DNA of 64,000 bases from Eledone cirrhosa (lineage: Eukaryota), in contig OZ024743.1 of NCBI GenBank assembly GCA_964016885.1, positions 202,058,001 through 202,122,000 of the forward strand. Reading direction: 5' to 3'. Numbering within the stretch: the stretch's first letter is position 1; each line of letters starts with the position of its first letter. The notes beneath the pieces are model-generated. The model saw nothing but the letters and a program-made list of their open reading frames with translations, was not told the origin of the DNA and ran no database searches. This document shows positions 27,401 to 36,315 of the stretch, in pieces. The position numbers and the translations under genes were made by a program.

Positions 27401-27936
27401 CGGGACCGATGGACAACTTCCAAAAGTCCCTGGCCTGGCAGTGCTACCGAGGAGCTCTACCAGTTCGAGACAAGCTCTACAGACATGGGCGCCCGGGCAG
27501 GGACCCTGCAAAAAAGATCTGTCCGAGGTGCGTGCGAGACGAAGAAACCGTCGCGCACGCATTCATACACTGCCCGGGCGTCACTGACCTGTGGGGCTAT
27601 GTGGAACGACTATTGTCGCGGGTGGGACCAATCCAGTTGACCACCGAGTCCATTGTCATGATCAAACCGCCACCCTCCTTCAAAAACGAAGGAGAGGCGG
27701 TTTTCCTTTGTGTGATAGCTATGGCGAAAGAGGTTGTATGGTGGACAAGGTTGAAAGGGCTGAGGTCAGACACCTTTCTCTCCGGCCAACAACTGATTCT
27801 TTTTTTCAAATACCACTTTGGAAGAAGAATCAGGATGGAGAGAGAGGTGCTGTACCCCAGCAAGTTTTATGAAAGGTGGGTGAAAGTGGCGAGAATGGCC
27901 CGAGTGAATGGGCCTTCTCTCTATATCAGCCTGTAG
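24499..27936 (+). CDS. ORF2 polyprotein: AP endonuclease + reverse transcriptase + C-terminal zinc finger
   Basis: NVRGL, GDWN, SYLDR and SDH (APE); KSPGLDG, FRPITLLN, DQSKAFDRV and AYADD (RT); CPRC..ETVAHAFIHC; 1145 aa open. Confidence 0.95.
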   Translation: MANIRVGCVNVRGLGMPWKQGKLLNDLRSHSLDVVAICESRIHGERQLAPIFDDFEIYASLCQPGGGGGVAVLLRKHLGLVTQTVHLDPEGRLVVLDVDGSEGGAFRLVAAYAPSGTPRPDFFKRLETFLGTSRSLLLVGDWNGILDARWDYVGACPDKGGCNSLKQLIDRFDLADRYRLDFPTAPLWTWSNRSGTSRSYLDRVLVRNKDRDMLSCPQMFMVAYSDHKLVTCMANLDRTHRQGPGYWKLNLSLPTSKAYSRRISTLVKQHLTGAIVNNRWWYSLKRAVRLDSIVFSKELALDRNRTEKELVDKVEEAIRSGNVASVLATRTALDQFFDAKHEGCVVRSKIRALGNEGAKAVSWARVTEAKSGNKSTIRSLKDQNGRVIREPKQMCAAFQRHFARLFGGSGAPGEAMDFGPYLDGLPRLSDSEAKFCEKPISATEIGDALSQCGKRKSPGLDGLPYEFYVAMPDLFSGLLEAVYCNWQQNGRIPNSVTGGVVTLIRKDENKGDDIGNFRPITLLNTELQILAKVLAKRLALVVENLVGEAQTCAIPTRSIHDNLHLMRYIIERVGCKPGFGGALINLDQSKAFDRVDHRYLDAVLEAAGFGPVFRGWIAAMHNSNICSRVKVNGYLSEPFHITRSIRERCPLSSLLYVLTLEPLLRKLELLQGIPLEPGLRKAASAYADDVTVMVSSASQIEEVGTLLKEYESLTGAKLNRDKSIGLQLGSWRGRPMPSDGVVGRWTEGPVKLLGVWFGPDLQVEKNWNEVTAKVFALTQKWAECKLSLKGRAEVANTFIASAIYYRLTVVPCPAKTLAKMERALFRFVWKRRAPLVRRSICCQHPSNGGLGMPWLTMRKHALRLRHLYVFLTGQPVWAPFVRRAFPRLVSLTELQSWVKQRPRKMGDWHIECAQALTALWQADPAISGDSTSSFYRGLVRSKCDDALGETLGVEEDELASLFGRTFRPGPMDNFQKSLAWQCYRGALPVRDKLYRHGRPGRDPAKKICPRCVRDEETVAHAFIHCPGVTDLWGYVERLLSRVGPIQLTTESIVMIKPPPSFKNEGEAVFLCVIAMAKEVVWWTRLKGLRSDTFLSGQQLILFFKYHFGRRIRMEREVLYPSKFYERWVKVARMARVNGPSLYISL

Positions 27937-28175
27937 GTTGAGGAAAAGGAGGAGGAGAGGAAAGGAGTACAAGCTCTTCGTACTCCTGGAGATGAGGGTT
28001 GCACATTTTTTTCGGGGGTCTGTGTTACCCATATAAACTGTCTCCCTCTATTGGGGAAAATCGACTAACTTTTAAATTCCATCTGTGATAACATTTTACA
28101 CGTTTTTATTGTATGTAAACTTCCCCCTTTGTATTTGTCCCCTTCTTTTGTGCCCCTGTGGCTAATAAAGAAATA

Positions 28176-28246
<71 letters not shown>

Positions 28247-28264
28247 ATATATACATAGAATATC

Positions 28265-28410
28265 TCGTTAAGGGTGAAAACAGCGATTATTTGCTTAAAC
28301 TTTAATCCGTTATTTTAATAAAAATTTGCTCTACGGTTTTTATATATATTTATATATATAATCCTTATCGAGCTCTCTTGGGATGTTAGTTTTTACATTT
28401 ATTACTATTA
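28265..28410 (+). mobile_element. 'CAGA-core' family 3' fragment beginning in HHR stem II
   Basis: cgttaagggtgaaaacagcgattatttgcttaaactttaatc... matches 2401-2545. Confidence 0.7.
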
Positions 28411-28431
28411 CTATATATAAATATATGCATG

Positions 28432-28497
<66 letters not shown>

Positions 28498-28498
28498 A

Positions 28499-28575
<77 letters not shown>

Positions 28576-28594
28576 AATCATATATATAAATCAT

Positions 28595-29290
28595 ATCTTA
28601 GAATTATTAGATAAAATATATACATTTTCCTCTCCCAATTAGCATAATTAACCATATAAAAAATCAATTAGACCAGGCTATAAGAATAAAAGCTCCTATG
28701 AAGAAATATTTGATAAATACCCGAAAGCAGCCTCTTCGCGGTTGACCACAATAGAGTATTTACCCAACATTTCAACAGCATGTAGAAACCGACCAAATAT
28801 ATCGTCAACCATACACAATTAGGTATAAATTTAAAGTTAGAAGAAATGTGTACATACCGTAATTATATCTCTACCTTGGTTTCGTTCGTATTTTGAGATA
28901 TCCCATTAAAGATAAATCTCGAGTATCGAACTCATCAGGAGACAAACTCAATAGGACAGTTACTTTTCCAAAGTGATCCCGCCAGAAATAGATTTTTAAA
29001 ATCACTAAGAATCGTGACGTGGCAGTGGTCAAGTTAGAAAGAATGAGATTAGTTGCTTACGGCGAGTAGGCTGTTTGCTAGAAAGCGCAGCCCAATATCC
29101 CCCAAATTGCATCTCAACCCAACGGGAGATTATTAAATATAAAGATTTACATATACATTAAGTCACTTATATATATATATGTGGCAATATATTGCTCTGA
29201 TTATTTAATTTATTAATTCTTCATTGAGCCACATCGTGAACGGTTGCCACATATATATCTGTGACTTTATGTATATGTACATCTTTATAT
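28595..29290. mobile_element. HHR-bearing non-coding element (minus) with short inverted arm; same family as 58750-59485
   Basis: Shared blocks ctcccaattagcataa, gaccaggctataagaata and ttccaaagtgatc; inverted repeat 29139-29187 / 29244-29288. Confidence 0.75.
28868..28942 (-). ncRNA. Type I hammerhead ribozyme
   Basis: UCUC-CUGAUGA-GUUCG...CGAAC-GAAA-CCAAGG-UA-GAGA. Confidence 0.85.
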
Positions 29291-29334
29291 ATATATATAT
29301 ATATCCACTTCTGCGTTTACAATTTGACTTTGTT

Positions 29335-29385
29335 AGTTTCAGAAGATCCCGTTAAGGGTGAAAGCAGCGATTCTTTTCTTAAACT
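29335..29385 (+). ncRNA. Hammerhead-like motif with U4A core (CAGAAGA)
   Basis: agttt cagaaga tccc(gttaa)gggt gaaa gca..ttc tt aaact. Confidence 0.6.
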
Positions 29386-29401
29386 TTAATCTGTTATTTT
29401 A

Positions 29402-29442
<41 letters not shown>

Positions 29443-29496
29443 TGTAAGTATGTATGTATACGTACATACATATTTGTATACAGACGTACAGTAGCA

Positions 29497-29598
<102 letters not shown>

Positions 29599-29833
29599 TA
29601 CACATGCATACAGCTACACATACATATATGCACGCATCAGTTTAGCCGACGTTTATTATAACTCCTGCTTTGTTCGTTTGTTTGTCAACAAATCGAACAG
29701 CCTGAATTTATGCCATACGGTGTTAAGGCAACCACGTCACCTTTTTGTTCAACACTGACACAGGAACGATGTACTAGTTTCAAGCTTGTTAGTATATACT
29801 TTCGAACGTTCAACTATCTGGCAGATGGGTAAA

Positions 29834-29874
29834 CGGTGCTGATGATAGCTAACAAGCTTGAAACTAGTACATAG
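29834..29874 (+). ncRNA. Type I hammerhead ribozyme
   Basis: cggtg ctgatga tagct(aaca)agctt gaaa ctag ta catag. Confidence 0.85.
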
Positions 29875-30044
29875 TTCCTGTGTCAGTGTTGAACAAAAAG
29901 GTGACGTGGTTGCCTTAACACCGTATGGCATAAATTCAGTCTGTTCGATTTGTTGACAAACAAACGAACAAAGCAGGCGTTATAATAAACGTCGGTTAAA
30001 CTGATGCGTGCATATATGTATGTGTACCTGTATGCATATGTGTA

Positions 30045-30112
<68 letters not shown>

Positions 30113-30349
30113 TGCTACTGTACGTCTGTATACATATATGTATGTACGTATACATACATACTTACATTTAAGTAAGTGCCATACTAAGAGTGAGAAATGA
30201 AATTTCGTTTTCATTTTTTTTCAACTTATCGTTTTCGGTATGCCTGACCGATTTAACTCACTCAATATGCAAATTAGGCTGCTCAGCCGTTAATTTTCAT
30301 AAGGAAAGTATATACTTTCGAACGTTCAACTATCTGGCAGATGGGTAAA

Positions 30350-30390
30350 CGGTGCTGATGATAGCTAACAAGCTTGAAACTAGTACATCG
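30350..30390 (+). ncRNA. Type I hammerhead ribozyme
   Basis: cggtg ctgatga tagct(aaca)agctt gaaa ctag ta catcg. Confidence 0.88.
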
Positions 30391-30707
30391 TTCCTGTGTC
30401 AGTGTTGAACAAAAAGGTGACGTGGTTGCCTTAACACCGTATGGCATAAATTCAGGCTGTTCGATTTGTTGACAAACAAACGAACAAAGCAGGCGTTATA
30501 ATAAACGTCGGCTAAACTGATGCGTGCATATATGTATGTGTACCTGTATGCATATGTGTATATATGTGTATATATATATATATATATATGTGCATGCTAC
30601 TGTACGTCTGTATACATATATGTATGTACGTATACATACATACTTACATTTAAGTAAGCGCCATACTAAGAGTGAGAAATGAAATTTCGTTTTCATTTTT
30701 TTTTCAA

Positions 30708-30762
<55 letters not shown>

Positions 30763-30765
<3 letters not shown>

Positions 30766-32950
30766 TGGTTACACAACAGTTAGTTCACCATACCGAGAAC
30801 AATTGTTTCACCTTAGCGGATCCTCAGCTCTTAATGGACATGGTTATACGGAACAGGAAGGACAACCGTATGAACGCGCATGCGCAGAAACCGGTCACTT
30901 CACACAGGCATTACTAAAATGCGTGCGAGAGGTGTAAGGGAGATAACTGCGAAAGTCCGAACAGTTTTTAGTTGGTAAGAAAAAATATTGATGTTGTAAC
31001 AATAATTCATTGAATCTGGAGCTTTGTAGTTATTCAATAGGTGTTTCGAGACGTGTGGACAAGGTGTGAAAAATTCATATCTCGTGTTTAGGCAATCACT
31101 ATTGCATACTTTCTTTAGAATATTTATTCGTTCGTCAATACACAGTCTACACGACGGATTTCCCCTTGCGTATGGCTGGGACTTAGGGATGGCTTTCCAT
31201 TGAATGGAGTAGTCTATACTTGATTCCTTGAGGGACTATACGTGGCTCGCTAGTTTTGTGGATGAACGTCTGTCCAGGTACCTAAAGGTCGACTGATGGT
31301 TCAGGAAACGTTCCCTAAATCAGCCTCCGCCATGCCCACATAGGATTTGACATCCTGTGGTTGGTTTGGTCGGTTAGAAGTGACCACAGCTTCATAAATT
31401 ACAGCTGGTGTGTTGCATTGCTGTTGAAGGGGGAAAACGTCGGGCTTACGGCAAGAACACCCTGGTTGGGTGTTGCTCCTAGGGCTGCTGGTGATGTGGC
31501 TTTCATGTTCTTAGCGCAGGCGTATCCTAGTTTTACTTTGTGTCGGTTAAAGATGGAGCGGTATTTATGACCTACGGGAAAGTGTCTATCTAAGAGGGCT
31601 AAAAATTATTTGCCTACATTGGTTTTAACGTTGAGTTGGAAGGGAGGAGAGAACCAGATAGTTTGTCTATTGTTGCGCTTTCTTTTCTTATTGCTGTTGT
31701 TGACAGTGGGAGAGTAAGTGATAGGTTATGAGAAGCCGCTGTTAGCTAACACCGTGTTATAGTAGGGTGCCGCCCTGTCAAAGATAGTCTTATTAGAGGA
31801 GAGGTTTGAGATACTAGTGCTGATATTATTTACGAAGTTTCTAAAAGCAGTGGGAGGGTGGCATGAGTCCTTGTGAATGTAATTGAGTTTTTCGTTTAGC
31901 TTATGGAAGGGTCAGTGGATGTGGGTGCGAAGGTCTAAATTAATGTCTAAGAAATCTACGCTAGAGAGGTTGGTGGCTACTGTTATCCTAAGTCCTAACT
32001 CATTGAAGGTAGAAGCTAATTCTTTTTTAAACCGGTCGAGGTCGTGACCACTTTTATGGCTCGATAAGTTCAGTCCATTCTCGTGGTATATTCCCGTGTG
32101 GAAGTCCGGGAATCTAACAAGTAATATGTCTAAAATAAATAGGAGGCCAACCAAATCACATACGTCAGCACTGTGAAACGATCCCGTGGAGACGTCGAAG
32201 AGGTCTGAAGAGGAGGGTTTTCTCCGTCGTTGAAGAGGAGGGTTTTCCGGCAGTGAGCGATGATTTCCCTGTCTAAACCATCAACGGTGGTCTAAGTGGT
32301 AGCGAAGTCCAACACTTTGTTTAACAGGGTCTCTGAAATCGACGGGTAAAAATCGACAATGTCAAACTGTGTGAACTTTGCTTTTTGGATATTAAGGAGT
32401 TAAACCAATTAATTACGGAGTCGCTGTTCTCCAAGTGGGGCAGATTGGACTTGGTCCTAATGGTCTTAACTATGTTTCTAAGTATGGCCTTACTGACTAG
32501 TCCCATATCTGTGCGTGCCGGGTTTATTAGTCTACATGTGGGGTTAGAAGTAAAGTATACCTTGTGAACTTTCAGGGTGAGGAACGCCTCCCGCTTAGCT
32601 AGAGATTGTAGCTTCTTATCTACCTTAATGGCTTCTGTATTAATGTCGTGGTAGGCCATAGGGTTAGCTTTCTTATATTTGGAAGTAATAGCGTTATGGG
32701 CCAGGTGGCGGAAAGTGGTGTTGTCGACTTCGTAAATAATAGGTTTGTCGGAAAGAACGAAGGTGTTATTAGAAGAACTAAATTTCTTAATATCATTTCT
32801 TAGTTTAGTTTGAAAGGTGTTAGTGTGGCTGCGAAAGGAAATGTTAGCGACTAAGTCAAGAAGGTCCGCCTCGAAAGGAGCAAGTTCAGTTACCTTAGGA
32901 GGGTAGGCTCTCGATTTCAGGTTGAAGGTGTTATTCGTGCCTGTAATTTT
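30763..32950 (-). mobile_element. Naiad-type Penelope-like element, 5'-truncated and frameshifted
   Basis: AFLTLKVHK..NPTCRLINPARTDMGLVSK (32321-32659); VDFLDINLDL (31912-32154); CSCR..PLQQQC and YVGMAE GIY-YIG motifs; HHR at the 3' end. Confidence 0.88.
30795..30830 (-). ncRNA. Minimal hammerhead at Naiad 3' end
   Basis: GAG-CUGAGGA-UCC(GCUAA)GGU-GAAA-CAAUUG-UU-CUC. Confidence 0.8.
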
Positions 32951-33058
32951 GCCGTTAAAAGCGATTCTTTGCTTTTCTTTAAGCGATTCTTTAATCTGTT
33001 ATTTTAATAAATATATATATATAAAATCAAAAGATGGTTAAAAGAGTTCCATGTATTT

Positions 33059-33119
33059 TATTATGCGCATTTCAAAAACAAATATCATCATGGGATGATA
33101 TTTGCGTTCTCATCAGATA
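33059..33119 (-). ncRNA. Type I hammerhead, same family as 18109-18175
   Basis: UAU-CUGAUGA-..CAAAUAUCAUC(CCAU)GAUGAUAUUUG..-GAAA-UGCGCA-UA-AUA. Confidence 0.8.
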
Positions 33120-33135
33120 TTTATTATGAGCATTT

Positions 33136-33176
<41 letters not shown>

Positions 33177-33183
<7 letters not shown>

Positions 33184-35913
33184 ATATATTATTTACTGTA
33201 GTTAAACATAGCAACAGTGAACTAAATAGGGTTAAGAAAACAATTATAGAATTCTTTAAAAATTATGACCTGAAATTAGAAGTAGAAAGTAACAGTAAAG
33301 TAGTTAACTTCCTTGATCTCACCCTTAATTTAAATTCAGGACTATATTACCCCTTCCATAAACCCAATGAAAACCTAAATTATGTTAGTTTTCATTCTAA
33401 TCATCCGAAATCTGTTAAAAATGCAATAGTCAATAGTGTTCAAGAACGTCTAACTAGATTATCTGCTAACAAATCCATTTTTGATACCAAAACTGGATAT
33501 TATAATGAAGCGTTGCATAAGGCAGTATATAAAAATAATATTGAATATCTAGATAATAGTAATTCTAATTATAAACTAAATAATAATAGGAATAATATAA
33601 ATAAAGCTGACTCTAAAAATAAAAATAATTTAAATATAAATAAAAATTCTAATTTCGTGAATAAATCGGGGAAAAAAATCAGAACTAAATCAGTTATTTG
33701 GTATGCACCACCAGCATCTTTAGCTATTAAAACACCCATAGCACAATTATTTTTTAAGGCATTAGATAAATGTTTCCCTAGAACACAAATACTATTCTAT
33801 CAACAATAGACACACAGTTAAGCTATCTTACTCTACAACTATGAATATGGCTCAAAACATTGCAAAAATAAATAGCAGAATTCTTAGTTATAACCAACAG
33901 ATAATTAGTGATAATGACAATATTAATATTAACAATAATATTGATACAGAGAATAACAATAACATTACTTTAAGCACTTACAGTAGAACACCTATAAATA
34001 TTAGCAATGATAACGCGAACAGTTTAGATTATAGTAATAACAGAAAATCGAACTGTAACTGTAGAAATAGATCTGATTGCCCTTTTCAAAATAACTGCCT
34101 AAGAACTTAGTATATAAATGTACCGTTAAAGCAAATAACATTACCTACAACTAGATAGGTGCAACTTCATCGAGCTTTAAACTGAGATTTTCCAATCATA
34201 AGCATTCTTTTTCTAATCCGGATAAGAAATTTTCTACTTTTTTATCACAACTAATATGGTCTTTGAAAGAGAAAAATTTTAAATACTCAATATTTTGGTC
34301 CAAGCTTCGCACTTGTCAAGTCTACCAAAATCGCTCTATTTATCCTAACTGCAATCTTTGCAATACCGAGACTCTATAAATAATTGCTAATTATGGTAAC
34401 TTAATTAACAAAAAAAGTGAATTATTCTCAAACTGCCTGCACAAATCTGCATCTACATTTCAAGCATCATATAACATTAGGAAAAAACATTGACTAAGTG
34501 TGAAATGATTTTGATCTTATTAATAATTGCGAGTGTGAAAAGATATTGACTCTGAATAATAATTCTTGTAATGCTTTTATCATTATTGCTATTATTAATA
34601 TTGGATATAAGGTTTCTACCTAACCATAGAAACTGTTTACCTGCTCTCTTATAGAATATGTTAATCTCTAGATTGTTTAAATACACTTAGTTTTGATTTT
34701 GTATTTTTTAAACCTAGTATCTTATAAATTTGATACCTGTAATGTCTTCAGACTCGTAAACCGTTTAATAGCTTTAAATGTTTGTTTACGTCGTACGAAG
34801 ATATTGTTTACATTTATCGTATAAAAGTTTCGTTTTATTTAAATTGGTTAATAATCTGTACTTAACTTGATGTATAATTTTGAATACAGTAAAATCTAGT
34901 TAAATCAAAATTATAACACTCTTAAGTGTAATTATAACTAATAATTAATATGATATATAATTGACAAATATCGATTTAAATTTTATAGGTTATATAAGAA
35001 CTATACAAATGCTTATATCTAAATAAATCTGATTTAATAATATGACATTTACTACATTTATAAGCTTTATGGTTAGTTAATAACATTTTTAATTTTGATC
35101 TTTCTAACTAAATTATTGACTATATTTAATAATTTAAATATACTCTTATGTTAAATTATCTTTTTCACTATATATTTGTTTTAATTTCGATATAATACAA
35201 TAATATAGGTTCTTTCAAATATTATAGTCTAAAAATTTCAAGTTATTTAATTAATTGAGTATTTCTAATTAACTTAATATTTGAAAAAAAAAAAACGGTC
35301 ACGCATCATATACATTGATTCTCCTTCTCCTTTGTAATTATATGTTACCACACATATCTCCCTTTCTTTGTTTTCGTATCCTCTCTCTTTTCTTTTCTTT
35401 CTCTCCTCTAGTTAACTCTCTCGCTCTCTCTTTTACTCCTTCTATAATACGGAGGTATACATATTTTATTATTTAAATTTTTAATAGTTATGTAGTTATA
35501 TGTTAATATTTTTTACTTGCCTTTATATATACTTATTATATTTATTATTATATATATTTGATACACTTTTTTCTAAGTACCCTCTCTATTATATGTAGAT
35601 TTTCATGTTACAACTTATGGTATATAAATATTGAGTTTTGTCAAAACTAATCACTGCCAAGACTGGAATTGGACCATCAGCACAGTTGAGGTATGTCAGA
35701 CATCAATTTATTTTATCTGATGAGGATGTACTGATGAAATAGCTCAGTACCTCTGAAATATGTATAATAAAATATATTTGATCACATGAACGTCTATATT
35801 TATTAATATTTTGAAGTAATATTAATAACTCCAGAAAACAATCAGTTGAGTGCTTCTAATCTATTGTAAAATTGTATTCATTGATTAATCAATGAACCTT
35901 GTTAAACTTTTGG

Positions 35914-35915
<2 letters not shown>
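33177..35915 (+). mobile_element. Naiad-type PLE, 5'-truncated (RT C-terminus + GIY-YIG pseudogene, long 3'UTR)
   Basis: VNFLDLTLNL..PFHKPNE..SNHP; VIWYAPP; CNCR..CPFQNNCL; IGAT..FKLRFSNHKHSF; frameshifts and stops. Confidence 0.88.
35709..35774 (+). ncRNA. Type I hammerhead at Naiad 3' end
   Basis: tattttat ctgatga ggatgtactga..tcagtacctct gaaa tatgta ta ataaaata. Confidence 0.8.
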
Positions 35916-35966
<51 letters not shown>

Positions 35967-36176
35967 CATATATATATATATAGAGATAAATCTACCAAAA
36001 TAACCGGTAGTGTCCAATCCGTATGAAGGACTCAATGTACTCCAAATATAGAAGATATCATGAAAAGAGAAAATGCATTCGAAAATTAACGATAAAAATC
36101 ATAGGAAAACAGAGTCAAGATAAATTAATAAAAACAATGAAATAAAAACAAAGAACAGGTTCCTTATATTGAAAAA

Positions 36177-36315
36177 TTCATCATTTTACGATCGTTTCTG
36201 GGATATATGTGTGTTGGTATGTATATCATGTTAAAGATCTATGTAAAACATATTACATATATCAGAGGAGATATACATACCTTCACCTATACATGCCATC
36301 TTTAGATATGATGAA
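36177..36315 (-). ncRNA. Hammerhead with ~100-nt stem II domain (5' core mutated to CUAAAGA)
   Basis: 3' core GAAA-CGAUCG-UA-AAAUGAUGAA is intact. Confidence 0.6.

Larger units (their letters stand above)
23125..28175 (+). mobile_element. L1-clade Tx1-like non-LTR retrotransposon, apparently 5'-truncated, between (TATC)n tracts
   Basis: ORF1 with CCHC knuckle; ORF2 with APE-RT-zinc finger; 3'UTR with AATAAA at 28164; (TATC)n at 23077-23116 and 28176-28243. Confidence 0.92.

Noticed and set aside
24568-28032. Many overlapping and antisense ORFs inside ORF2
   Set aside because: Expected by chance in GC-rich coding DNA; no recognisable motifs
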